From Octopus bimaculoides (lineage: Eukaryota), in the NCBI RefSeq assembly GCF_001194135.2, contig NC_068981.1, positions 140,640,883 to 140,704,882 of the forward strand: 64,000 bases of DNA, written 5' to 3'. Below the pieces are notes generated by a model. It had not been told where the DNA came from. It did no database searches and worked only from the letters and a program-made list of their open reading frames with translations. The first letter of the stretch is position 1. Every line of letters begins with the position of its first letter. Both the position numbers and the translations under genes were made by a program. Positions 53,163 to 64,000 of the stretch are shown one piece after another.

Positions 53163-53487
53163 TTTGAATTCTTACCATCGGGTATTATGTAAATTGACTT
53201 CACGATTTGGGTATTCATAACTTATTGGGATTTCCCAAAAACAAATCCTATGTAAGACAGTTCAGTATTCTTTTTAAATGCACAAAAACCGATTTAAGGA
53301 CTACACACATTGTATTGTTGTTATTGGATTAGCGAAACAATTTTCTGGGAATTACCAGGTACGTCAGCTAACACACACACACATACACACATACATATAG
53401 GTAGAGAGAGATGGATATAGATACGTATATGTGTCTATTTGCATGTGTATATGTATATATATATTTATGTGCATACATACATGAATA

Positions 53488-53546
<59 letters not shown>

Positions 53547-55567
53547 ATATAAAACCACACCCTAACATCTAATCACGAGAATTTATTCCCTAATGTAACC
53601 TTGGATAGATTTTGCAAGCAAATTAAAGACAGAAACATCAGGATTGTTACACTATGGGCATTTGTTCGATTAAACTATGAATTTGAGACCAGCCAACAGT
53701 AAAGATTTGAATATAAATATTTTCAATTGTTCTTTCTGACGATTCTAATTTCAAATACAGTGAATAAGATTCAGGCAATTACATGGTAGGCTCCTTTCTA
53801 AATTGATATGCCCTCTAACAATTTTGTGTTTTAGTAGATATTACTGAATATAAGAAAATGTTTCGCTGACATAAAAACAGAAAGCAGCCAAAAATATTCA
53901 TCTATGCTATGCTGCTAAACCGCCAAAATAGTTGAAAGTAAAGTATTATGATGCAATCTAATGTATAACTTCCGCCACTCTCAAACTAATTTGGCAACAA
54001 AATACGAAGTGATGATTATTTAATATCCTAATTGCTCGCTAATGTGTTGTTCTATAACTGTTATATTGGCAACATTCCGTATCATGAATACCGATAAATA
54101 TGTAGTAATTTTCACTGGAGCAAGGTAATGTTTTCGTATACTTAAATAACAACTGAATGCATTAAAACTTATTTGTAACTTTTGGCCCATTTATATTTGA
54201 TAAAAAAAGAAGTAATTTAGACGTAAACTATTAACCAATTCTCTCCTGGAATCGATTTACATTTTTGAACATGGGTATTTGACTTAAGTTACTGTATCCT
54301 CAGATGATGTACTAATTATTAACCTCTTATACTGATGTAGGTAATCCAATTCTTATGCGACATGTTATGTCTGTATTTTAAATCTTATAAGAAATGATTC
54401 CCAGATATTTATTTGTCTCTTCACCAAAGACATACTTTGAAAATGCTTGAGATACTTCAGTGAAGGTTCCAAAATGATAGAAAACATCCTGTAGCTGCAG
54501 TTATTCGATTCCTAAATCACATTTTAGTCTAACGGAAACAATTATATTTAAAAGAAAAATCAGAGAATGATATTTACGATTATTACACATTTAATATCAT
54601 TAGGGCGGTTTTTTGTATTTAATTAATTGGAAATTAGATTTCAATCCCTATAACAATGAAATAAATATTTGTATTAACATATTCCGTATTAACATAAGTA
54701 CCATAATTATGTATACGTTAACTTGCTTGTGTCTTTTAAATATATTAGATTACAACTTTCGATCTTTCTCATTCAATTTTTTTATAGCTCAAAATTGTAT
54801 TCGATGAATTATAGTCCTCCCTAACTTGCCATAAAAATCAGTTTTGCTAAAAGGCTATAAAACTGAGAAAAGCAAACATCAAATAAATCCCGTATAGTAT
54901 TGGGTTCCTCAACTGACACATAAAAAGAAATTGAGTTCGTGAACGTTGTTGTATAATTTGTATATCGTCTATAAACTGCAATTAATATGAAGGGGAAAAC
55001 GCTGAAGCAACAAATAACTATGGTGCCTCCATTACAAATGCTAGGCTAAAGAAAGTGGCACAACGGAAAAATGCATGGAATAATGATAGGAACATAATAT
55101 TACTTATCTTCTATCAACGTACTTATCTACTTATCTTCTGTTAATGAGAATTTCGCACCGCCGAGTTCTTGAACACAGTTATGAAGATCCTTACGCAGTT
55201 CTATTAATGATCGATAAATTTAGTGTTGTCAGCCTAAACTAATTCAGTATGCTCATGCGTCCGTATGCATATACCGTCGTTATTTAAACTGCTTATAAGA
55301 TAATAATTGTAATGATCTTTATCAACAACAGAATATTACAGGACAATTCTTAGAGAGGATAATTTAAATCGAGATGGAAATTATCAAAGAGAATACAGCT
55401 TTATTTGTTAATTTTATAGACGGTGCAAGATAATTATCTAAATGAAACAATGTATTACATGATATGTCATATTAAATACAAATTACATAATTGGAAATAA
55501 CCATTAAAATGATGACCTCCAAACTGAAATTCTGCACTTTGTCCTGAGACAAGATACTTAAACTTAC

Positions 55568-56561
55568 AATTCAGTAGATCAAGTTGTCGTTGTTTATGTC
55601 CGAAGCTACTCTGGGAAACTAAATGTGTGATCAAACATATTACAGCCATCATCATGCTAACCTTATTTGAGATATATTCTGCAGATTACCAGAGAAATCA
55701 ATGGACAATGTATTATTTGTTCTAGACAGTAGCGTGTAATATCAGCGAAATATCTTTAGCAAGCTAAGTTTACGACTTGTGGCTCCTGCAAAGGAAAGTT
55801 GATGAGGGTTCGAATCTAAGAAGTGGAGCGTCACACAATCTCTGTTACACTAGAGAAGTTTTATGATATCATAACGTCGCAGCATGCGATAACCATCGTC
55901 ACGACTCTATATTTATCTGACCAAGCAGTTTTCTTAATCAACAGATCCGAACTTATATTACTCAATATACAAATTCATGTTCAAATCATTAATTTTTATG
56001 AGCTAAGTTAATGTTCGCGTAAAACTCAAGGAAATATAATAACAAATAGGAAACAAAAAAATGGATGTTTTGCAGTATATGTGTTTTCTATCATAAATGT
56101 TTTTTTTTTGTTGTTGTTTTCAGTAAGACGAAGCGATATTGATTTGAATACAAATACAATCAATCATGCATGAAAGATTCGTTACGGGTAAAAGTTTAAT
56201 TATGTTGTGAACTGATCATGAATATCTAATGAGACGCTAAAATATAATATCTCAAGTTGTGTTATGCCGACAAACTAATTCTAGATTACAATCTTTTATA
56301 TCAAAGAGGATGATTCCTGAAACATATTTTAATCCTTTAAATACTCAAATTTGTCCCGTTATGAATACTCAATAGGGCATCACAATTAGCTATAAATAAT
56401 TTTTTTAATACAAAGCTCTAATACATTTATGTATGATAGAACGCTTCTATTGTTATATGAGGATTAAAACAGACCCAAGCTGCAAGAATATCGTTTGCAT
56501 TTCATCTATCATTATTACACACAATTATAAAGACGAAAATTCCGATAATTTATGCCTCTTC

Positions 56562-56627
<66 letters not shown>

Positions 56628-57067
56628 CACACAGAACTAAACACGAAATACGCGTACACACCCACATTTATTTATATGTATAGATAAATTATTATATATA
56701 TGTTTGTGTGTGTACGCCTGTATATTGCTGCAAGCAGTTCTGTGTGGTTACGAATCTCGCTTTCCAACCACAGTCTTGGTTTCAGTCCTACTGCATGTTA
56801 CCTTGCTAAAGTCTCTTCTACTATAGCCTTGACTCAAACATTGCCTTGCATGTCTTTTTTACTCTTTTCCTTGCTTCAGTCATTTTGACTGCGGCTATGC
56901 TGGAGCACCGCTTTTAGTCGAGCAAGTCGACTTATTCTTTGTAAGCCTCGTACTTATCCTATCGGTCTCTTTTTGACGAACTGCTAGGTTACGGGGACAT
57001 AAACACACCAGTATCAGTTGTCAAGCGATGTTTGAATGGAGGGACGCACACACAATCATATGCATAC

Positions 57068-57104
<37 letters not shown>

Positions 57105-57763
57105 NNNNNNNNNNNNNNNNNNNNNNNNNNNNNNNNNNNNNNNNNNNNNNNNNNNNNNNNNNNNNNNNNNNNNNNNNNNNNNNNNNNNNNNNNNNNNNNN
57201 NNNNNNNNNNNNNNNNNNNNNNNNNNNNNNNNNNNNNNNNNNNNNNNNNNNNNNNNNNNNNNNNNNNNNNNNNNNNNNNNNNNNNNNNNNNNNNNNNNNN
57301 NNNNNNNNNNNNNNNNNNNNNNNNNNNNNNNNNNNNNNNNNNNNNNNNNNNNNNNNNNNNNNNNNNNNNNNNNNNNNNNNNNNNNNNNNNNNNNNNNNNN
57401 NNNNNNNNNNNNNNNNNNNNNNNNNNNNNNNNNNNNNNNNNNNNNNNNNNNNNNNNNNNNNNNNNNNNNNNNNNNNNNNNNNNNNNNNNNNNNNNNNNNN
57501 NNNNNNNNNNNNNNNNNNNNNNNNNNNNNNNNNNNNNNNNNNNNNNNNNNNNNNNNNNNNNNNNNNNNNNNNNNNNNNNNNNNNNNNNNNNNNNNNNNNN
57601 NNNNNNNNNNNNNNNNNNNNNNNNNNNNNNNNNNNNNNNNNNNNNNNNNNNNNNNNNNNNNNNNNNNNNNNNNNNNNNNNNNNNNNNNNNNNNNNNNNNN
57701 NNNNNNNNNNNNNNNNNNNNNNNNNNNNNNNNNNNNNNNNNNNNNNNNNNNNNNNNNNNNNNN

Positions 57764-57857
<94 letters not shown>

Positions 57858-59192
57858 CATATATGACGGGCTTTGGTCGGCCCGAGGCTATAGTAGAAGA
57901 CACTTGTCCAACGTGCCATGCAGTGGGACTGAACCCGGAACCATGTGGTTGGGAAGCAAGCTTCTTACCACACACCCACTCCTGCGCCTCTGTGTGTCTG
58001 TGTTTGTGTTTCTCCACAACCATCAATCGACCACTTGTATTGGTTTGTTTACAATCCCTTGTTCTAACGTTCGGCAAAAGTAACCGATAGAATAAGTTCA
58101 AGTCTTTAAAAAATACTGAGTTCCATTTGTTCTTTTGAAGTTGGCGCCCCAGCATTGACACGGTCCAAGGCCTACAATGTTTTATTGCAAAAATAAATCG
58201 GTGCCCCAGCATGACCACAGCTCATGAGCTGAAACTAGATAAAATGAAAAAAAAATGATAAAATAAAATAGATAAATAAAAAATAAATAAAATAATAAAA
58301 CCAAATAAAAGTGAATTGCATATGTTATATCATGCCTCTCTACAATACGGAATATGATCTGAAGGAGAACTATTTGGGTTTATTTGTAGCCATTGTGTTG
58401 GTGCAATTTTCGTGTAAAAAATAGAACCCTTCCTTCTTTTTGCCATCTATAGTACTTAGATAGCATTTAACCAATATGCTGCGATGCATATGTGCTATCG
58501 CATAATTCTCCTTTTCAACATTATGAACAAGTGAGTACGTCGTAGATGCTTGGCAAGGGTTTCGTGCTTTCCCTATTACGCTTGGCTGTAGAGCCGTAAA
58601 TTCGTTGCCGATGAATTTTTCAGGTTTAATTAGCGCACCTAAGTATCTCACATGTATTGTTATTTCTGTTTACATAAAATGATTGACACTAGTCATAACA
58701 CGTCGATGTTTGGTGGACGACATATCAACTCTGACCTTCGCGGCTGGCCGTCCTAATGTAAGAGGATGAGGATCATTTTCTTGACACTAATATTGGACTT
58801 CTAATGGGTTTTGTGTGGCAATCAAGATATGTCACCATGGGAATGATAAATAGCTTCTGTGACCTAACTATTTTTTCGAAATTACCGTATTTCAGATTGT
58901 CTAAAATTTCTACCCATTGACATTTTATGCTTTTGCTTTAAAAAACTTCGTGAATATCACTGGGCTTTTTCCAGATCTGCAGTGGAACGTTTAAGATTGC
59001 TTTTCTTTTCATATTAAATACTTTACTGTTATGTTTCAAGCTACTGCAATCTAGCCCCTTCGGATGATCTCTACTCAACCACTACACGACGGCTACTCAA
59101 CTCCTCTACCACGGCTAAACTACATCTATTTATATGTCTTGGACGATCCTACTTCTTCGCTTGGGGACGTCGACACAATACTTACTTTGCAT
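55568..59192 (-). CDS. Candidate first two coding exons (59192-59186 and 55678-55568) of an unidentified, possibly secreted protein
   Basis: accATGCAAA|GTAAGT joined in phase 1 to a 111-nt exon (acceptor tttctctggtaatctgcag, donor T|GTAAGT) gives MQKYISNKVSMMMAVICLITHLVSQSSFGHKQRQLDLLN. A CpG-rich stretch lies next to exon 1. Later exons were not identified. Confidence 0.3.
56860..57989 (-). mobile_element. SINE family A, full length, central microsatellite spanning an N-gap
   Basis: 3' half at 56860-57030 and 5' half at 57862-57989, reverse-complementary to 14216-14600. Confidence 0.85.
58010..58300 (+). mobile_element. Degenerate SINE A 3' half plus a second CR1-type tail with A-rich end
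   Basis: gttcggcaaaagtaaccgatagaataag...ggcgccccagcattg, then cggtgccccagcatgaccacagctcatgagctgaaac followed by (AAAT)-rich sequence. Confidence 0.6.
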
Positions 59193-61085
59193 GGTATTAA
59201 TTTTCCTTGCCGATATCGCTCTGCGGTTCTTGAACTGGTAAACGATCTCTAGCGAGACCCTGCTTTAGTATGTATATTCTTGAGATTTCTCTCTAAATAT
59301 CCTATATCTGCTATACAAAACCAATAAATCTATAGGCATGACATAATTGGGGTTCCGATGAACAGGAAATTATTCCACCATTATTTATTACAAAGGAAAA
59401 TTATGGCATATCCATACACGTGAAGTCGTTTCAGAGTATTGCACAGTTGATATTTTCCTACACATGCCGATCCAAATACACGAGGAGATCAATATTAATT
59501 CGGCATAATTTTTTGCCCGGGACAACAGATAAGGAAGACCTTCATCATGGTATATTCGTACCATTCAATAATTTCACAGAAATGAAAAACATTTTGTGAA
59601 CATTATGAAATGCTAACAGAAAAAAACAACAACCCCAAAAAACGTTAAAATTATACCAAAGAAAGGTCTCATAGTATATCAAAACAATTTGAGGAATAGT
59701 TTGTTGCGCACCAGCTGGAAGATCAGAGTTCATCCATTGAATATTTCTAGTCAACTATTAATGACAAATGAATCATCTCGTAGTCCGAATATATAAAAGA
59801 GTTTCTATAAACGAAAGGGTGAAATTATCCAAGTATATATGTATAAATCTGGAAATATCGATAAGCAGAATGCGGTGAATGAATATCAAAACAATCCTAG
59901 TAATATGCATTTAGGACATGCTTAAAACAATGCAGGTGAAAAAAAATAAGCAAAAAGAAACACGTATTTAAACAGTACACTCAGTATTCAGTAAAGAACG
60001 CAACTACACTCTACACATTGAATACGTTATGAAAAGCATATTCAATACAATAAAAGCAATATACAATATATTGCATACAGCCATGAGCAGAAAAGACGAA
60101 CTCAATACTGAAGTGATAGTACGCATTACAAAGTCAGTAGCAGCAATAATAATAAGAAGATAAATAAGAATAACAATAAGAATATATTCTATTTTTTTCT
60201 TATGATTTTTCTGACGTTAAAGTAATATATTAATTTAATACAAAAGAAATAAATCGTGTGCATGAGCTTCTTATTATTAGAATAACAAAATATTAAAAAA
60301 AAATCAAACGCGTAGAACATAAACCATTTATGCATGATGGTGAAAGAGAAAAAAAAACAACATTTAGGGTATAGCTATATCATCAAATAAGATAACGAAA
60401 GTACAAAATACACAAGCAGAGTATCGTGCCTGTAGCGTTGGGAAAATAATAGATTATATGTAATAAAATATTTACACACCAACTCATCTAGTTTTTAGAA
60501 AATAACAGTTAAATTTTCCTTCCTGAAATGTTCTTCCATGATCTCTGAAATATAATCCGTCTTACGGAATAAATTTTGTTACTTTACCGTAATAGCTTAG
60601 ATTAATGCTGCAGAAAACAACAACAGCAACAATTGTTTAGGCTTCCTATGATTATTAGAGTAATGAAAAGAGCTGAAACCTTATCACCCTAAGACAGCGA
60701 ACGTTATTTATGCACCAGTCATTTAAACGAATAATATAAACCAAAGAAATATCTTCTCCAAACAGCAACAATTGATTATAACACGCATTTATTCTTTTGC
60801 ATACAAGGCAAGATGATAATACTCAGAACATTGTGTATCCACCATAACAATAAGTTGTGTTTGCAGATATTGCTGTTTGTTAAACAGATATGAAACAATT
60901 CCGATTCTAGAGAATTCGTATTTATAAATCGATGATTGCATATGGCTTACGTTTACTTCTATTTCCATTTTCAGCATGTTCTTATTGACTATATTGCAGA
61001 AGAGAGGCCAATATCAACATGGCTTAATTTGGTTTCATACAAGGTGTGTTTGTATATGAATGCCTATGCACATGCACGCGCGCGA

Positions 61086-61125
<40 letters not shown>

Positions 61126-61295
61126 GCACGCTCACACACACACACACAGGCACACACACAGGCACGCACACGCAACTTGCACACAGTCATACGATTAGAA
61201 ACTCGTGTATACTTGTAAACACATTCAAACATATATTCATTTCTTAATAAACATGTTTCAGTTATTGGAATGCGGCCATGCTAGAGCCTCACAGT

Positions 61296-61337
<42 letters not shown>

Positions 61338-61410
61338 AAGATGGATTCAGATGGATGGATAGATAGATACATATGTAGATATATAAACATGGATATATAT
61401 NNNNNNNNNN

Positions 61411-61464
<54 letters not shown>

Positions 61465-62089
61465 AAACAATACTTAAAACAACAAAGGGCCGTAGTCTTT
61501 GAGTTGAGGTGAAAGCAAACGATAGTGTACCAAGTTCAACCTTATTCTCGATTACAACGATGGAGACTCATGTACATACACATAGACGCTTAGAAACACT
61601 ATGTATCACGCAATAACGGAATTACTTTGACTCATCCGATTGTGTGTGCTTTCTTCGGATTTATTGCAAAGAACCATACGTTTAATGTTCAATCTTTTTA
61701 ATGTATGACAGACAGTACAACATATATTTTCATTTAAGAATCCCAAACTATAAGCATGAATGAATATTACAAAATTTTGTTAGAAACAGGGTAAAATTTA
61801 ATCTCAATCTTCAACGCAATACGATACTCATCTCTCTTTAGATAAGACACTTATATTCAACAGCGATGGGGTTTCACTAAATGCTGCATTAGTTTCACTA
61901 CACTGTAAATATATGTTTCTTTCTAAAATTGAAAGAACATCTCCACTGAAAACTATTTGTATTTAACTGAACAAATCAAATAATCAAATGATAGAGACAG
62001 TGAGAAAGAAACATGAAGAGGAAAGTGTGAACATAGTGAATTCATAGTAAAATGTAACTGATGCAGTATAAGTATACATTATAAGACTA

Positions 62090-62200
62090 GCGGAGGAAAT
62101 AGAGCAAGGTCTTGGATGAATGCGTTACGGCTTAGAGAAGTATGCGTGTCAATGAAAAGCTACGGCCATCATTTTGAACACATATTGCAATTTGGCAACA
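62090..62200 (+). pseudogene. Possible extreme C-terminus of a mariner-type transposase
   Basis: LRLREVCVSMKSYGHHFEHILQ resembles the RL..C....G.HFEHLL mariner terminus. The match is short and degenerate. Confidence 0.3.
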
Positions 62201-63588
62201 ATATCGTTGTCTCAAGGTTTCCAGACACATATACACTGCATTTTGAGAGAGTGAGACACAGCAGAGCGTCTGTAAAATTTTAAACTTTATTCAAATACCA
62301 TTGGCAACGGTATTGAAAGGTATATACAAATATTGTTGTAGTTCGGGATGGTCAATTTTTGGCTAAATAAACACACGCACTATATATATATTCTTCACAC
62401 GTTTATTACTATTCTTATTTCATTATTTTAACGCATGTCTATTTCCCGGAAATCTTTCGCCACACATCTGTTAGCTCTTCAGCGACATTTTTCGTTTTCG
62501 TGTGTGTTCTTGCTCCACTTATTCCAATCTGTTCTTCTAAGATAGTATCCTTATGTGCGCATGCGTTTGTCTCCTTGTTAGCGCGCGCGCGTGTGTGTAT
62601 GCTTATGGGGGTGTCATAGATTTTAGTAGCAGTGTGGCCTTCTCCTCAGCAGCCCCATCCATTCACCCCATTGTGCTGCTGCTGCTGTCCTAAAACCCGA
62701 AAAATATGGTACAGTTCCTGTATTCTTCTGTGTATGTGTGCTCGCCCATGGCAGTTGTTAACGGTATATACAAATATCCATATATATATATATATGTAGG
62801 TGTATGTGCGATTGTTTGTGTGAGTATGCGCATGCAAGTCTAAGAGTCAAACACCAACGCACATACGTACATGCATACACGCACACACACATATATATGC
62901 ATACATATAAATGTATATGTACATATGTATAGAGGTAATTAAAAGGAGAGAATGTTAAGTAGATTAGAGTGAAGGGGAGTGGGATGTGAAATTGGAAATC
63001 TCGCGGAATTGTTTCTGGCTTTTTGTTAAAAGCGGGGTAGGTTTCATATCGTTCAACCTCAGTGTATAGACTGCAAGTATAGACTGCAGACTACGTCACT
63101 GGATGGGCAACTCAATCAGTGACATCTCTGCAGAAAACAGCAACACGTTGGCTTTATACACAATAACATATTTACCTTTCAACGGCCTGTTTCGCAGATA
63201 GCTTCCTAATCTCTAAACCCTTGCAATAATATAGGACGGCATGCTACCAAATCTTTGTCTCTTGTCCACATTTTCAATTCCTCGTGTTACTTGCGGCATA
63301 GAGAGAATTTGCTCTCATCTCAAATTATTACAGATCTACAGATAAAGCTTTAGCAATTTGGACTTCTACAAAATATCTCAAGTAATACTTCCTCAAATAC
63401 GTTCTAAATCCATGGCAAATTTCGTTCCCTCCACATGCGCACCAGAGCAAAGTCCCGTTTGTTCATGTCATCAAATTATTTACTCGGCCCTCATAGAATT
63501 TTGAACTTCGAAAGATCTAACAATACTCCCGTTGATTTTATTATATACTTTGTAGCGCTCCAGTAACTTTCTTTATCCTCTGCTTGTA

Positions 63589-63619
<31 letters not shown>

Positions 63620-63655
63620 TGTATCTATCTATCTATCGATCGATCGATCTGTCTG

Positions 63656-63717
<62 letters not shown>

Positions 63718-63811
63718 GGTATACACACACACACGCACACGCAGATATTACATGTATATATGTATATACACACACATATATACGTATATACATATATACA
63801 CACATATATAC

Positions 63812-63852
<41 letters not shown>

Positions 63853-64000
63853 TATACGTATATATATACACACAAATATACGTATATATGCGTATATATA
63901 TTTGGCATTTTTTGAGAAAGGTCCATTAGATTCATTGAACGTTTCTTAGTCCAGGATGAGAGTTGTCTTCATCACTTTGATCCAGAAACAGAGACAATTC

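Noticed and set aside
59186-59262. Minus-strand frame containing FKNRRA, reminiscent of homeodomain helix 3
   Set aside because: The invariant W is absent, there is an upstream stop, and the rest of the homeodomain is missing.
852-63949. Most ORFs in the supplied track (YI/HT/CV-rich or X-filled)
   Set aside because: They are read-throughs of dinucleotide or tetranucleotide microsatellites and N-gaps, with no protein signal.

Overview
AT-rich, repeat-dominated eukaryotic DNA with about 20 N-gaps, nearly all flanked by (TA)n, as expected for a short-read scaffold. The SINE/LINE families and extreme microsatellite density suggest an octopus/cephalopod genome (inference, not a database result). 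No intact, nameable host gene is visible: most listed ORFs are read-throughs of microsatellites or gaps, and only low-confidence candidate exons remain. The best of these is a minus-strand ATG exon at 59.19 kb in phase with a signal-peptide-like exon at 55.6 kb. The window holds many decayed mobile elements: several tRNA-derived SINE families, CR1/L2, R4/Dong, HERO-like and RTE-like LINE fragments, two DD37D/maT-like Tc1-mariner relics, and several hairpin or foldback elements. The most notable structures are (i) a three-level nest at 46.7-48.75 kb, where a CR1 is interrupted by a tRNA-headed SINE with a degenerate Penelope-type minimal hammerhead motif, itself interrupted in its (AAT)n by a Dong/R4 element; (ii) a Tigger-transposase/Helitron-helicase fusion at 50.5-52.65 kb followed by a minisatellite and a perfect hairpin; (iii) several long inverted repeats (21.8, 23, 42.5 kb); and (iv) an R4-like relic whose two halves lie in permuted order (15-17 kb). 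All alignments were done by eye and most boundaries are approximate.
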